From Macrostomum hystrix (lineage: Eukaryota > Animalia > Platyhelminthes), in assembly GCA_950097015.1 (NCBI GenBank), contig CATNEN010000001.1, positions 12,462,001 through 12,526,000 on the forward strand: a stretch of DNA of 64,000 bases. The letters run 5' to 3'. Positions 50,516 through 63,365 of the stretch are shown here, piece by piece. Position 1 is the stretch's first letter. Each line of letters begins with the position of its first letter. Made by a program: the position numbers and the translations under genes. The notes under the pieces were generated by a model. It saw only the letters and a program-made list of their open reading frames with translations, ran no database searches and was not told the origin of the DNA.

Positions 50516-51743
50516 CTCTTTGAGATTTATAACAGATTTTTTTCTTCAACAAAAATCAATGCAATGTACGTGACACGCAATGAATTTGAAAGATTGCGAA
50601 ATTGAAAAAACAAGACAGGCAAAAAATCCGAAAATGTGTAGGCTTTGGCAGGCTTTTATGTAAAAATGTTGAAGTATATATTTAGCCAGACGTAAGCCGA
50701 GACGCGCATAACACTAGACTGTTTTAGTGGCTAAAATCGCGGACCAATGGCGGCACTGAGGCCTCTTCATGGCCTTCATGGACGATACGCAAGTTAGAGA
50801 AATTACAAGTGCAGTCTGTATGGAACTGATATGAAATACACTGCATGGGCTAGGTCATAATTCGTCTCACAGCTATCCTAATGAGTGAGGTGCAACTCAA
50901 TAAGATGGAATTGAGGATAACACAGATCAGCACTTGTCAAAGAGTTTTACACCCGCTGTCAAGAGAAACAGTTAAAATAACTAATAAATTTTGTGATAAT
51001 TAAAATAATTCATCTAAGTGAGATGGGTGAATATGGTAGAACACAAATGCCAACTCACAAACTTTTTTATGGTTTTGAACAATGGCAGATAAAATCTATT
51101 GAACTTGGGGTAACTCCATTGTCAAACTAATTAATAATTTATCTGTCAGAATTCAGTACCGTATAGACGCTGGCAGACTAGGCGAAAAAAATGATTGAGA
51201 AGACTCACTCATACCTAGTAAGGCTAGCTGGATGGCTGTGATGAGCAGAACAAAAGCTACTAGCGGGAATTTAAACTAAATTCACAAGCTAAAAATGCTT
51301 GTATGTTTAACAAAAATAAAAAAAATTTTTTTCGCCACACCTGGGATATTTTCTACCTGCAGCTAATTCTGATGAAATTTTACTGCTTGATAAACCGAAG
51401 CTTGCTCAAAGTTGTCTCAAAATTGTCCCTTTTGGGCTGAGAGCTGAGAAGCTGAGCTGAGGTCGCACTCCCAAAGCGCTAACCTAGTGGGCTACACTAA
51501 AAGCTACCTAATTTAGAAACCTAGAAAAAACCGATGGTAAGTTTGGCAGGCTCGTTGTCTCGTCTCTGTCCCTGAATTACTAAATTCAGGACTCTATGGC
51601 CAGGCCCTCGAAATGCCAGTGACCTGGATTTGATAGTCCATAAAATGCCGGTCCAAAACTGGAACAATCCGAGCTGTTAAGAGACGCAAACCAGATCCGA
51701 TTGTGAAAAACTAACAAAGCAAGCCTATATAAATCAAGTGTTG

Positions 51744-52263
51744 CAGAGGTCGGCAAACTCCGGCCCGCGGGCCAGACGCGGCCCTCAAAGCTCTCAAATC
51801 CGGCCCGTTGCCCCTTCCGACAGCTATAGTTTCATCTTTCCCCTGTCTCATCTCCCCCGTGTCTCGTCTCTCCCGTGCCTAATCTCTCCTTTGTCTCACC
51901 TCTCCCGTGTCTCGTCTCTCCCGTGCCTAATCTCTCCTTTGTCTCACCTCTCCCGCGTCTAATCTCTCCCGTGTCTCGTATCTCCCGTGCCTTATCTCTC
52001 CTTTGTCTCACCTCTCCCGTGTCTCGTCTCTCGCGTGCCCTATCTCTCCTTTGTCTCACCTCTCCCGTGTCTTATCTCTCTTGTCTCATCTCTCCCGTGC
52101 GTCATCTTTACCGTGTCTCGTCTCGCCCTGTCTCATCTCCCCTGTGTCTTATCTCTTCCCTATCTCTGATATATTTCTCTCATATTTCTACCGTCAATGC
52201 GGCCCGCTGTCGTCTTTTAGGTTCTCTTTTTCGCCCTCTAGCTAATAAGTTTGCCGACCCCTG
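51744..52263. mobile_element. hAT-like MITE with internal pyrimidine-rich repeat
   Basis: TIR CAGAGGTCGGCAAACT / AGTTTGCCGACCCCTG with GGCCC subterminal motifs; no intact TSD seen. Confidence 0.7.
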
Positions 52264-53622
52264 GCATGCTCTAAACGTTTTTAAAGCATTTCTGTCGAAA
52301 CGGGTCGTGAGTTATTGAGGAAAATGATTACGACTTAAATGAACAGTAGAATTACCAAGAAATTTTGTGCTGCACCCGAACGTCCAGATTTCTCCCCGTA
52401 AGCGTTTGTGTTTATCATTCACCTCAATACAAAAATTAGCACTGCGCCTCAGTGCCGCCATGTCAGGCCTTTGAAATTTACAGCATGTCACCCGAATGTG
52501 CCTGGATCATCTCCATATTCGGTGGTCACCTACCTTTATCTAGACGGATTTGCTGGACCTTCAATGGCTACAACACGAGGAAATATGCTACCCTGACGCC
52601 AAATTCTCCAATTTCACTGATCAAGCCAAAATACTAGGCGCAGCTCTACCACCGTACACCATCGCCTAGTCTGTCAACCAATCAGTCACCACCCAACGCT
52701 GTTTAGGCGCTAAAAACGGGCGGCAAAATGGCTTGGTATTCCTACTGTTAACCTAACAATTGAAGTGCCATTGAATGGATAATTTGATTAAAAGCTGTTT
52801 TAAGTATAGATTAGAATTGCTCCTATTTTATAACTGTTGAAACCCTGGTAGCTAGAACAGGGTGATTGCACAACCACCAATTAAAAAATCCTCAAAATGT
52901 CATATACACCAGATTTCTTATATCCCTATATTTGGGATGAAATATTTGGGAAAGGGAGAGCTGGGATTGGGAAGTACGAGACACAAAGAGCCTCATAGCC
53001 AGACACAGCTAAAGTTCCCATGCACCGAATGAGGGGTCTAGTTGGGGTGGGTAGGTAGCCTACCCCAATTAGTCACCTGACTGCTATCTGCTGGTCTTTT
53101 AGAAGCAGAAAAAACACTACAAAGTTTGTTAGGCTTTTTAGACAGTAATTTAGCAAAGAGACTTAAAAATGAACGAAAATAAATGATCAAGTGGATTCAA
53201 TTTACTCTAGAGATTCTTTACTTAACGAAATGCCATGTAGTGTGTAACACCCAACAGTAATAAATCTAAAAGTTATATATTTAAGCGATTGAAGCAACAA
53301 ATAGTTATTTTCTATTTCAATTCATCTGCCTTTGAAGTAGATCGTGATGTTGTCTGCAAAACGAGAAACCACAGACAGGAGACACACAGACGTCTAGACC
53401 AAGATATGGGGCCTCGATAATAGCTTCATTCTGAAGCCCACCTCAATCCCTGTCTCTCTTTATTCGACACCGAAGTCCTATAAAAATATGGCAACAACAT
53501 TCCTAACCCTTTAACCTTGGAGCCAAGTTCGCAGAAACCCAGACCCAGAAATACCGCAGACCGTTGCAAAGTGCATAACTTGACAACTGTTCCATTCTTG
53601 AATGTTGAATCTAAAGTTCCCG

Positions 53623-54476
53623 TAGGGAGGTGAAGCTGAGAGTGTGGTAGTTTGCAGTTTAGGGAGGTGAAGCTGACAGTGTGGTAGTTTGCAGTTAAGG
53701 GAGGTGAAGCTGAGAGTGTGGTAGTTTGCAGTTTAGGGAGGTGAAGCTGACAGTGTGGTAGTTTGCAGTTAAGGGAGGTGAAGCTGAGAGTGTGGTAGTT
53801 TGCAGTCAAGGGAGGTGAAGCTGAGAGTGTGGTAGTTTGCAGTTTAGGGAGGTGAAGCTGACAGTGTGGTAGTTTGCAGTTTAGGGAGGTGAAGCTGACA
53901 GTGTGGTAGTTTGCAGTTTATGGAGGTGAAGCTGAGAGTGTGGTAGTTTGCAGTTTAGGGAGGTGAAGCTGAGAGTGTGGTAGTTTGCAGTTTAGGGATG
54001 TGAAGCTGAGAGTGTGGTAGTTTGCAGTTTATGGAGGTGAAGCTGACAGTGTGGTAGTTTGCAGTTTATGGAGGTGAAGCTGACAGTGTGGTAGTTTGCA
54101 GTTTAGGGAGGTGAAGCTGAGTGTGTGGTAGTTTGCAGTTTATGGAGGTGAAGCTGACAGTGTGGTAGTTTGCAGTTTAGGGAGGTGAAGCTGACAGTGT
54201 GGTAGTTTGCAGTTTAGGGAGGTGAAGCTGACAGTGTGGTAGTTTGCAGTTTAGGGACGTGAAGCTGACAGTGTGGTAGTTTGCAGTTTATGGAGGTGAA
54301 GCTGAGAGTGTGGTAGTTTGCAGTTTAGGGAGGTGAAGCTGAGAGTGTGGTAGTTTGCAGTTTATGGAGGTGAAGCTGAGAGTGTGGTAGTTTGCAGTTT
54401 AGGGAGGTGAAGCTGACAGTGTGGTAGTTTGCAGTTTAGGGAGGTGAAGCTGACTGTGGTAGTTTGCCATTTAGGG
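53623..54476. repeat. 37-bp minisatellite (GGGAGGTGAAGCTGASAGTGTGGTAGTTTGCAGTTTA)n
   Basis: Tandem array. Confidence 0.96.
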
Positions 54477-56140
54477 AAGGGAAACTGATGCTGGTAGAAA
54501 GTAGTTTGAAGTTAAGATGTAAAGTTGAAAGTAATTAGTCAATAAACTGAAAATATCTAATGATTTAGAAAAAAGCACATAACAAAGCTATATTATTTAC
54601 ATTGCCTAAAGTTACAATTAAATTTTTTAAATATTGCATGTACAATTAGCTACATGTGTGCAACTGTGTTATTGTAATACATAGATAAATTAAAATACAA
54701 GTTAGTGTTATAAATATATATTGTGCTTGGTTCTTTATGATTTATTAGCGACTTTATATTTAAAATAGTAACTATTGCAAGCTTTTAATTTTACACATAT
54801 TAATGAAAAATAAAATTGTTAAGAAGCAGATAAATGTAGATACTTTTTGTGCTTTTTAAAGTAGTATTTAATAATAAGTAGACAGAATAACAAGTTTATT
54901 TTGTTATTACAACATAAGAACTTGAATTTTTTTAATTGTAGTTTTGATATATAGAACTTAAAGGCAATAGTGCACTTTAAGGACAATGTCTAAATTGTCT
55001 TTCTATGACTATGGCTATCAAATGCAGCCATTTAAATTAGACACAAAAAGATAGACAAAAAGTAAATTTATATTTCTATATGGACAATAGTCAGTCATTT
55101 AAATAGGCTATTCAGGCTAATATCTAAATATTACAAGGAATTTTTTCATTATGGGGAATAGTAATGTGAAATCAAAAAGACATTCGAACAATGGCCTTTG
55201 TCTTTCCTCATCAGCTATGCGATAAAAATGAGGTAAATTAAAAACAAATTCATTCGACATCATCATAAAAGATATTTTTTATAATTACTGATACGTTTCT
55301 TTTTTCGTAACTATATATTTTTCACATATACATATGGTATGGGTAGGTATAACCGAATGGCGAATTGCAATGACAGTTTGTAGCATAAAAATATAAAAAT
55401 ATGTCATGTGATTCTAGCTATGCCGTATAAATTCATCTTTAAAAAATCAGAGCTTCGTGCTTTACGTGTCTCCTATTTAGTTAAATCGTAGAAAAAGTTG
55501 TTTGAAGAGTAACGAGTTGTACTTTTCAATTTCGCTTTATAGAAAAGAGAGTTTTAAACCACATGTGACAAAAAAAGAATATAATATAATACTTTTCAAT
55601 TTTAAACTTTTTTACAAAAAATTAAAAAAAAACTGCCATTGCCATTTTCATTGCTTCTAATTACACAAAAAATATGTCTATAATTTTCGCAGTTGTTATA
55701 AATATGTAAGTTTCTAGAAACACATATTTCAAAAGTAAATATTTCAAGAAACAATTCCAATAACAAAGTTATTCGACGTTATAAGAGATAATTTTAGGGC
55801 TACATTGTACTTTACTTTGCGCATTCTTCTGTGAAAATTTTTTATGCATAATTATTTATTTTTATAACTAAATCTGTTATACTTAAGGCGTATGCCTATG
55901 TGCACTGAAATTACCTGTAATATTATTCGCCTGCAGCCCAAGAATAGTCAACTTAGTTCAATTGACAATTTTTGCAGGCCAATTTAAAATAATACTTTTA
56001 GCCCTATAATATATCGAATATATCATTGATTGTCTATATTGTGCATAATGATAATATAATGTTTTAAATGTTTTTTTCACTATTAGGCCTATGTAATGTT
56101 CAACTGCCTTGCCGGCTTGATGCTTTGATGACTTATTTTG

Positions 56141-56724
56141 GTAGCAGGACAATTCGGTAACAGACAGTTCGGTAACACCACAGGACAGTTCGGTAACACC
56201 ACAGGACAGTTCGGTAACATATCAAGGGACAGTTCGGTAACAATTGATTAAACTGGATTGGAAGGGTTTTTTGCGAAATTATTTTATATTTAGTTCGGAT
56301 AAAATACAATTCTTGTATATTGATATCAATGCTACAATAAATCGTATTTCAGCAGCCAACTAGCACACTTAAGGCCCATTCATACAGTCATCAAGTGAGG
56401 CCAAATTTCGTGTGATCACACAATTTGCACTAATTTTTCATCCCTTTGTACATCCCTTTGAACGAGCCTTTACCCTACTTACACACTCTAAATGACGTGT
56501 TAGTTTCAGATACATCAGTAACATCAGTCAGTTGTGTCCTAGCAACAATAGTAGATACATTGTTAAAACAAACCTAGATTGATTTTATTGACTTTCAATT
56601 GTTACCGAACTGTCCCCGGTGTGTTACTGAACTGTCTCCTGTATGTTACCGAACTGTCTCCTGTATGTTACCGAACTGTCCTTGAGTGTTACCGAACTGT
56701 CTGTTACCGAACTGTCCTGTATTC
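56141..56724. mobile_element. MULE/foldback-type MITE with repeat-built inverted arms
   Basis: 9-bp TSD CTTATTTTG (56132-56140, 56725-56733); G...C termini; GACAGTTCGGTAAC repeats on the left and their complement on the right. Confidence 0.88.
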
Positions 56725-58622
56725 CTTATTTTGTAGTTTAGCTTATCAAATTATGATAGGCCTACTATTACCATTAATACACCCTAGCTAATATATAGCA
56801 TAGGCCTAATAAAATGTTCTTTATGGAATAGTAGGCCTATCCATAATAACTCTAATTTTATTATTTTCTTTATTGATATTCTTTCTTAATATTAATTATT
56901 ATTATTTATTCTTTTAGAGTTTTTATAGTTGTGGCTGAAAGATAAAGACTTCGCTAAAACACTTTGCTGAAAGCTGGGTGCTTTGCAAAAATTTGCTTTG
57001 CAAAATGGTTTTCTACTTTTAATAATTTAATGCATTTTCTACAATATGTAGGGCTTAATAGAGATGGACAGCACCTCTCTACAGCAAATGGCTATAGTTC
57101 CTAGCAGGTCTGCTAACAGTATGATTCTGATTTTTAATGAGACTGTAATCCCAAGCACATACTAATTAATGGGCAGCCAACAACATACTAGCAAATCACC
57201 TGATGATTTACCATTTGCTAGGCCTAGCTATACATTAGATACCCTAACAACCCAGAGGCCCACAAAAAAAGACTGAATTTCATTATTAGCACCAAAATGT
57301 GGCTTTTTAATGTTAATCCTGTAAAATAGTTTTAGTTTTTGTTGATTAATAAATTCTTTACATAGTTTTATGTTTTTGAGTGAGTTGTTTTATTAATGAG
57401 AGAAAAATAAATAGGATTAAATATTAGGAGTTTAAGAAGACCTCATAAAAAATTCATTTTATTATCAGTTTGGCCATAGGGCTTTTGTTAGTATCCCAAT
57501 ATATAGGAATCACACACCATTTATTTTATTATCATATCATACTCTCAATATCACACGCTAAAGTACAGGTAAGCTACAGACAATAGGTCAAAAACTTGAG
57601 TGGTTGAGGGTGATAGCGTGGTCTGACTAACCCAGTGGTGTGAGGTAAATGCATGTCTGTCTGATGTTTGTTTGATGTCTAGTTTCAGGTAACAATCAAA
57701 TGATATTTTACACAAATACTTTTTTAGTTTCAGATGGAATTATTCTTTTGTGAGCAAAAGTTTAATTTTAAACTGTACTGATTATGATTTTTTCTGCCAA
57801 GAATCAATATAAGTGTAGGCATACACATTTTTTAAACATAAATAAAAGACAGGCTAGCAAGGATTTATATAATACTGAATTCTCTGAATATATAGACAGG
57901 TAGCTACATACTAGCTAGTTTGTTGTCCACACTTAACTACTGAACATAAGGTGACTGATAGAAATCAACAAGGTAATCAAATAGTTAAATAATTAATCTT
58001 AAAAGCATATATCTATATATATAAAAGTGAAAACTCTGTCTGTCTGTCTGTCTGTCTGTGTGCAACCTTTTGTCTTTATAGACGCCGAAACCGCTGAACC
58101 AAATCGCACCAAACTTTGCACATACCTTAAACCACCTACGCTGAGTGCAATAGGCTACTCAAATTCCCGAAAAATCATTTCCTTCCTGCTCAAAAGTGCA
58201 AAAAACTGCTCAAAAATCGTCAAAAAATCACTCAATTCGACATATCGTCGCCCCACTTTGTCAGATTTTCTCCAAATTTGATCCACTTACACTTTACATG
58301 TTTTCCAACAATGCTGTCAATTTTGAACATCTCTACTCAATCCAGAGCAAAGCTGCATCATCTCAAAGTGAGTCACTTTTTGTTTTCCGAGGACAGCCAC
58401 CCCAACTCCCCTCCGCCACTCTGCGGGCCAAATTTTATAACAGCCACCCCCTCCCTTCCCCGGGCGCCGAAGCCCCAGACTGTACATTGTATTTCAAGCC
58501 GTGAATGTACACAGCCCAAACCCCTAGACTGTCTACTGGCCCCCAAGCAGCACTGAGACTGAGTGCGGTGAGTGCGGTGGCGTCCCAGTGCGCAGGGCTC
58601 TCCGGTTTATATTTCTCTCCAG

Positions 58623-59267
58623 CCAGCCTATTTCTCTCGATATGCTGACGTTGACTGGCTGTCAGAGAGGGCAATTCTGTGTCCTAGAAATGATGCCGCC
58701 AACGAAATTAACTACCAACTGCTTCAGGAGTTGCCAGGTGCAGTTTTCACCTACAAGTCAATTGATACAACGTTGACTGATGACACCGCTGTGGAGTATC
58801 CTGTTGAGTTTCTGAACTCTCTAGATCCTCCTGGAACTCCATCGCACAACTTGCAGCTGAAAGTTGGGGCACCAATTATGCTCCTCCGCAACCTGAATGC
58901 GCCAAGGCTGTGTAACGGCACCAGACTGATAGTCAGGCGGCTCTTCCCACACGTGATTGAGGCCACGATAATGACTGGATCTGGCAGAGGAGAGTCTGTG
59001 TTCGTTCCCCGGATTCCAATTATCCCCACGGACCTGCCATTTCAGTTCAAGCGACTGCAGTTCCCTGTGAGAGTGTGCTTTGCGATGACTATTAACAAGG
59101 CTCAGGGACAGTCGCTGAAGGTGGCTGGCATCAACCTGGAGACTCCTTGCTTCTCGCATGGGCAGCTTTATGTCGCCTGCTCCCGTGTTGGAACTCCAGC
59201 TGGCCTATTCATTTTCGCACCAAGGGGAAGAACGAAGAATGTGGTGTATCCCCAGGCCTTGAGGTGA
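58623..59267 (+). pseudogene. Helitron RepHel PIF1-like helicase C-terminal fragment
   Basis: RAILCPRN, LKVGAPIMLLRNL, LCNGTRL, FAMTINKAQGQSL and FSHGQLYVACSRV are present; Rep domain and Walker A are absent. Confidence 0.9.
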
Positions 59268-59419
59268 CTCGCAAGCAATTAATAGAAAAGTAGTCACGAA
59301 TTGACCTTGACCTGTCTAACTCTGAACTCTGAAACAGTTTAATTTTGTTTCTTTGACATTGTTATTGTTATGCCATGGCTATTTTCCTTATGTATACGCG
59401 TGTACATGCATACTGTATA

Positions 59420-59699
59420 CAGAGGCAGATTTAGGGGGGGGGGGGCGGGGGGCAGTCGCCCCCCCCCCAAAATTTTAATCATGGGAATAAGATGCCCCCA
59501 CCAGGGGCGCCAGTCGCAGCACTGGCGCCCCTTTTCGGCCGCTGGCGCCCCTTTTTCAGCCGCTGGCTCCCGTTTTTCAGCCGCTGGCGCCCTTTCTTGG
59601 CTCCTGGCGCCCTTTTTCGGCTGCTGGCACCCCCTCTGTGATTCTCATGGCGCTCCCCTGACAGACCGCCCCAAAACAAAATTCCTGGATCTGCCACTG
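59420..59699. mobile_element. hAT-type MITE nested in the Helitron
   Basis: 8-bp TSD ACTGTATA (59412-59419, 59700-59707); TIR CAGAGGCAGATTTAGG / CCTGGATCTGCCACTG. Confidence 0.88.
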
Positions 59700-60042
59700 A
59701 CTGTATAGAGGAGTGGCTAAGAGACATGTTTCTAAAGAAGTAATCAAGAGGGGGCTGTTAGGACAAACTTTTCACTTATTTTTTACTTAAAACGCCCTTA
59801 AACAAACTCTTCACTTTTCATTAATGCAGTAAATAAATAAATGGTGACCTTCACTATAAAGTTAATACAGAGACGTGAATTGCTTACTGCTTTGCTTTAA
59901 ATTTCTGCCCCAAAAACAACGGGCAAAAAAAGCTAGTAAGTAAATATACAAATCTATTTACTATTATAAATTATCTAAATAATCTACATAGATGATGACA
60001 ATATATTCAATCAGGCAATTTATATTAGAATTCTATTTCCAG

Positions 60043-62369
60043 GAAGCTGTTCTACTCGCCTCAGAGGCTGAAGGCTTCATCCAAGGCCTGAAGTCTCTTG
60101 AACTAACCCGCATCGGCGATCCACAATGGCAAAGACAGCACCAGTACCTAGAGAAGCTGAACATGCAAGCTGTGCTTTCAGTTGCTAAGCAGCAAGACGA
60201 ATTCGTGCCTGAGTTTGTTGTCAATCATGGCAAATTAGACATGCTGATGCACGACCTCCTGGTTACAGAAGTTTGGAAAGAGAAAATCTTTCCATTGATG
60301 ATGTCTGCTAAAGACTTTAAACCTCAAGTCACTTTTCCTATTTACCTGGCACTATATCACGAGACTACCGTTCTCAATCTACTTGAAACATTGAGTTTTC
60401 ATTCCGATGTTGTCGAAAGTCTAGGCGAAGTTGCTCTAGACTTAATCGACTATTGTCATCGCAAACTGGTCTGCCTGACTGAGTCTGGCAGTCTGCAGGA
60501 AGATGCCCTGATGTCTATTCGCAGTAAAACTAACAGCGGCTTGACTGTTGACGCTGAAGGTGACGACAATGATAGCGGAGCTGATGCTGCGCCTCGGCAA
60601 TCTGAGTTGGAGAGGCAGCGGCGCTGCCTGGAATTTGAACTGGCATTGAAGTGCATCACGGTGTCCAGCAACTTGTTGACCAACGCCAAATCTTTGTCAT
60701 TGTCCGCTCTCACCAGAGCGCTCAATGTAAACGATTTTCCGCTGCTGTTTGCCAGCCTGATCGAATTGAAACCTTGGAAATTGCGTCACCCGTCTACCAG
60801 GCAGTGCTATCAGTATGTTGACAATGGTTGGCAGACTGTCTCAGAGGACGAGTATAATTCCGGCATTGTCAAACTTGAAGGCTGCGTCTGGCTAGCCCTG
60901 TACGAGATGCTAACTAACTCCGAGTGCCAGCGAAAATACGAGATGACTAATCATCGCAAGAATTTCTTGCTCAAGTTGCGCTCACATCTACACGAAACTG
61001 TGCTAGACCAGTTGGCATTTCTAGTGCCACTGCGTCAGGGCTTGGAGCACATGGCACTGATGGAACCGGCGCCATATAAGAAGGAACTGCTTCTGGAACA
61101 GCTGCCCCTAGTTAGAGCTGGAATCATTCAGAAGTACAAAGGTTAGTCGTGTATCTGCCTATAGATATGTACAATTTAAGATACATATCGTGAAGAGGGT
61201 TAAAGACGTCGTAACTTTAAATCGCAGTCCGAGAGAAACTATTTGTGTCCTTGAGCAAGACACAATTAATTGATTGATTACAGCTGTCCCAATGGGGCCA
61301 GATGTGCAGCCGACAGCACAGCCGCAGCTATTGCGCGGCGCATCTGAAGACTGCGTACAGCTGTTCAGTCCATGGACTGGGGGGACGCCAAACCCACCTT
61401 CAAATATCCCAGCTGATGCTGGTACCCATTTAACAGCTGGGTGAACTGAAGCAATACAGAGTTAAGTGTCTTCCTGGAATCGAAACCCCGACCTTCAAGT
61501 CGTGAGTTCGACGCCCTAACCACTAGGCTACAACCTCTTAACACAATAAGATACCAACAAGGGTACCATATTTAGTAGCATATAGCCTCACAAGGCAGTA
61601 ATCTTAACAGATGTACGCTTGGCCTTTGGAAAGAGCTGAGCAATAGCTTTTCATTTGGCACAACTGCTTTATCTGTGTTTTTATCTAGTTATCTAATTAA
61701 TACATTTTTGTAGTAATTCTGTGAGCCTTGGCCATCTAGGGCGTAAATTGCACGACAAGCCACCAAGCCTTTCCAAATTGAAATTGGCCTCGCCGCGGGA
61801 ATCGAGCTCAGGGACCTTCTGCTCTAACAAGATTCTTGAAATCTTTCGAGAAATAAAATCTGAACCATCATAAGAATTGGAGTGAAATAAATAATTCTCG
61901 TTTTTTCTCATGCTTTTTGAGGACGCTTGAAAAATGTACCAACACGTCACTAATTAGATAGCAATGACAGTATTTGTACCGCAAGCCGCAGGTGTTGTGA
62001 GACACTGACTAATAAATCTCATTTCCTGTAGGCAAGTGGTCGGAGATCGCCCGCATCCAGATGGGCGCCGTATTCAACATTAGCCAGTCAGAGTTCAAAG
62101 CTCAGGCTAGTCTATGGTCGGATACTTACAATCTAGACGTGCTGGAGTCTATGCTAGCCGAGCCGCCAAAGTGTGCAGCCTGCGGCGCGCCGGCTGTTAA
62201 ACGCTGTTCGCGCTGTCAGAACGAATGGTATTGCCGGCGGGAGTGCCAGGTGGGGCATTGGTCTAGGCATAAGCCGGCCTGCGACCTGATGGCCGCCGCT
62301 AGCTCGTCGTCGAAGGTCACAACGACAACGCCAGCTAAGGCGAAGATTGTTGAACAGGGCGACAATTGA
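60043..62369 (+). CDS. ZMYND10: Zinc finger MYND domain-containing protein 10 (BLU), dynein-arm assembly factor; exons 60043-61141, 62032-62369; start exon upstream (candidate ATG 51534-51536)
   Basis: [34 protein letters not shown]....LDQL and C-terminal MYND finger CAACG...[27 protein letters not shown]; phase-1 intron G|GTTAGT...TAG|GC. Confidence 0.93.
61265..61537 (-). mobile_element. SINE-A copy in ZMYND10 intron (SINE-B fragment at ~61735-61818)
   Basis: Reverse complement of 6356-6650 with an internal deletion. Confidence 0.8.
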
Positions 62370-62717
62370 TTGATCGATTGACAGTTTTCAATATAATTCC
62401 CTATTTATTCTTCTAAGTGATGTTTTTTAGTGGCTTTTAATGATTGTTATCCGTCCAATGCTTTGTTTTACTTTTTTTTCACTCAAACTCTACAATAGCT
62501 TGGAATGAAGTTTTTATTAGTAAAATATACGATTGGCTGTGTGTTATTTGTAATTATAGTGTACCTGGTTAATAATTTTACTACATTGCTTGAACTAAAT
62601 AACTAGTAAGAACCAATTGACGTTTTTAACAATGAACAGTAGCTTTTTGTGTGATGACTTGAGATAAGCTATTTAGAGCTAGTTAATTGGTCTTCACAGC
62701 TAAATTATAGATCATTT

Positions 62718-63213
62718 CGAACTAGATAATTGGTCATTCACAACTAGATCATTGGTCATGTAGAACTAGATCATTGGTCATTCACAACTAGATAATTGGT
62801 CATTCACAACTAGATCATTGGTCATGTAGAACTAGATCATTGGTCATGTAGAACTAGATCATTGGTCATTCACAACTAGATCATTGGTCATTCACAACTA
62901 GATCATTGGTCATGTAGAACTAGATCATTGGTCATTCACAACTAGATCATTGGTCATTCACAACTAGATCATTGGTCATTCAGAACTAGATCATTGGTCA
63001 TTCACAACTAGATCATTGGTCATTCACAACTAGATCATTGGTCATGTAGAACTAGATCATTGGTCATTCACAACTAGATCATTGGTCATTCACAACTAGA
63101 TCATTGGTCATTCAGAACTAGATCATTGGTCATTCACAACTAGATCATTGGTCATTCACAACTAGATCATTGGTCATTCACAACTAGATCATTGGTCATT
63201 CACAACTAGATCA
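62718..63213. repeat. 22-bp minisatellite (ATTGGTCATTCACAACTAGATC)n
   Basis: Tandem array. Confidence 0.95.
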
Positions 63214-63365
63214 GGAGAAATTAAGGGTCAGGATTTGTCATATATTATTTGGAAGGCCATTATACACCTATAGTTGTCACATAAAATTTAGCTGGTTGAA
63301 TCTGATGCAGTCTATCACGCTGATGATTTTTCAGTTTTTTCACTTCAACAGTTGAAATAATTAGA

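Larger units (their letters stand above)
58012..59936 (+). mobile_element. Non-autonomous Helitron retaining the helicase C-terminus
   Basis: A|TCTATATATATAAAAG 5' end with (CTGT)n; 3' hairpin TGCCC...GGGCA then CTAG|T; internal Pif1-like helicase fragment. Confidence 0.9.

Noticed and set aside
30703-54476. 35-37-bp arrays as possible CRISPR arrays
   Set aside because: Units are head-to-tail with no unique spacers, no cas genes, and the context is eukaryotic.
58572-59267. Host PIF1 helicase gene
   Set aside because: Lacks the N-terminal motifs and lies within Helitron TC/CTAG termini.
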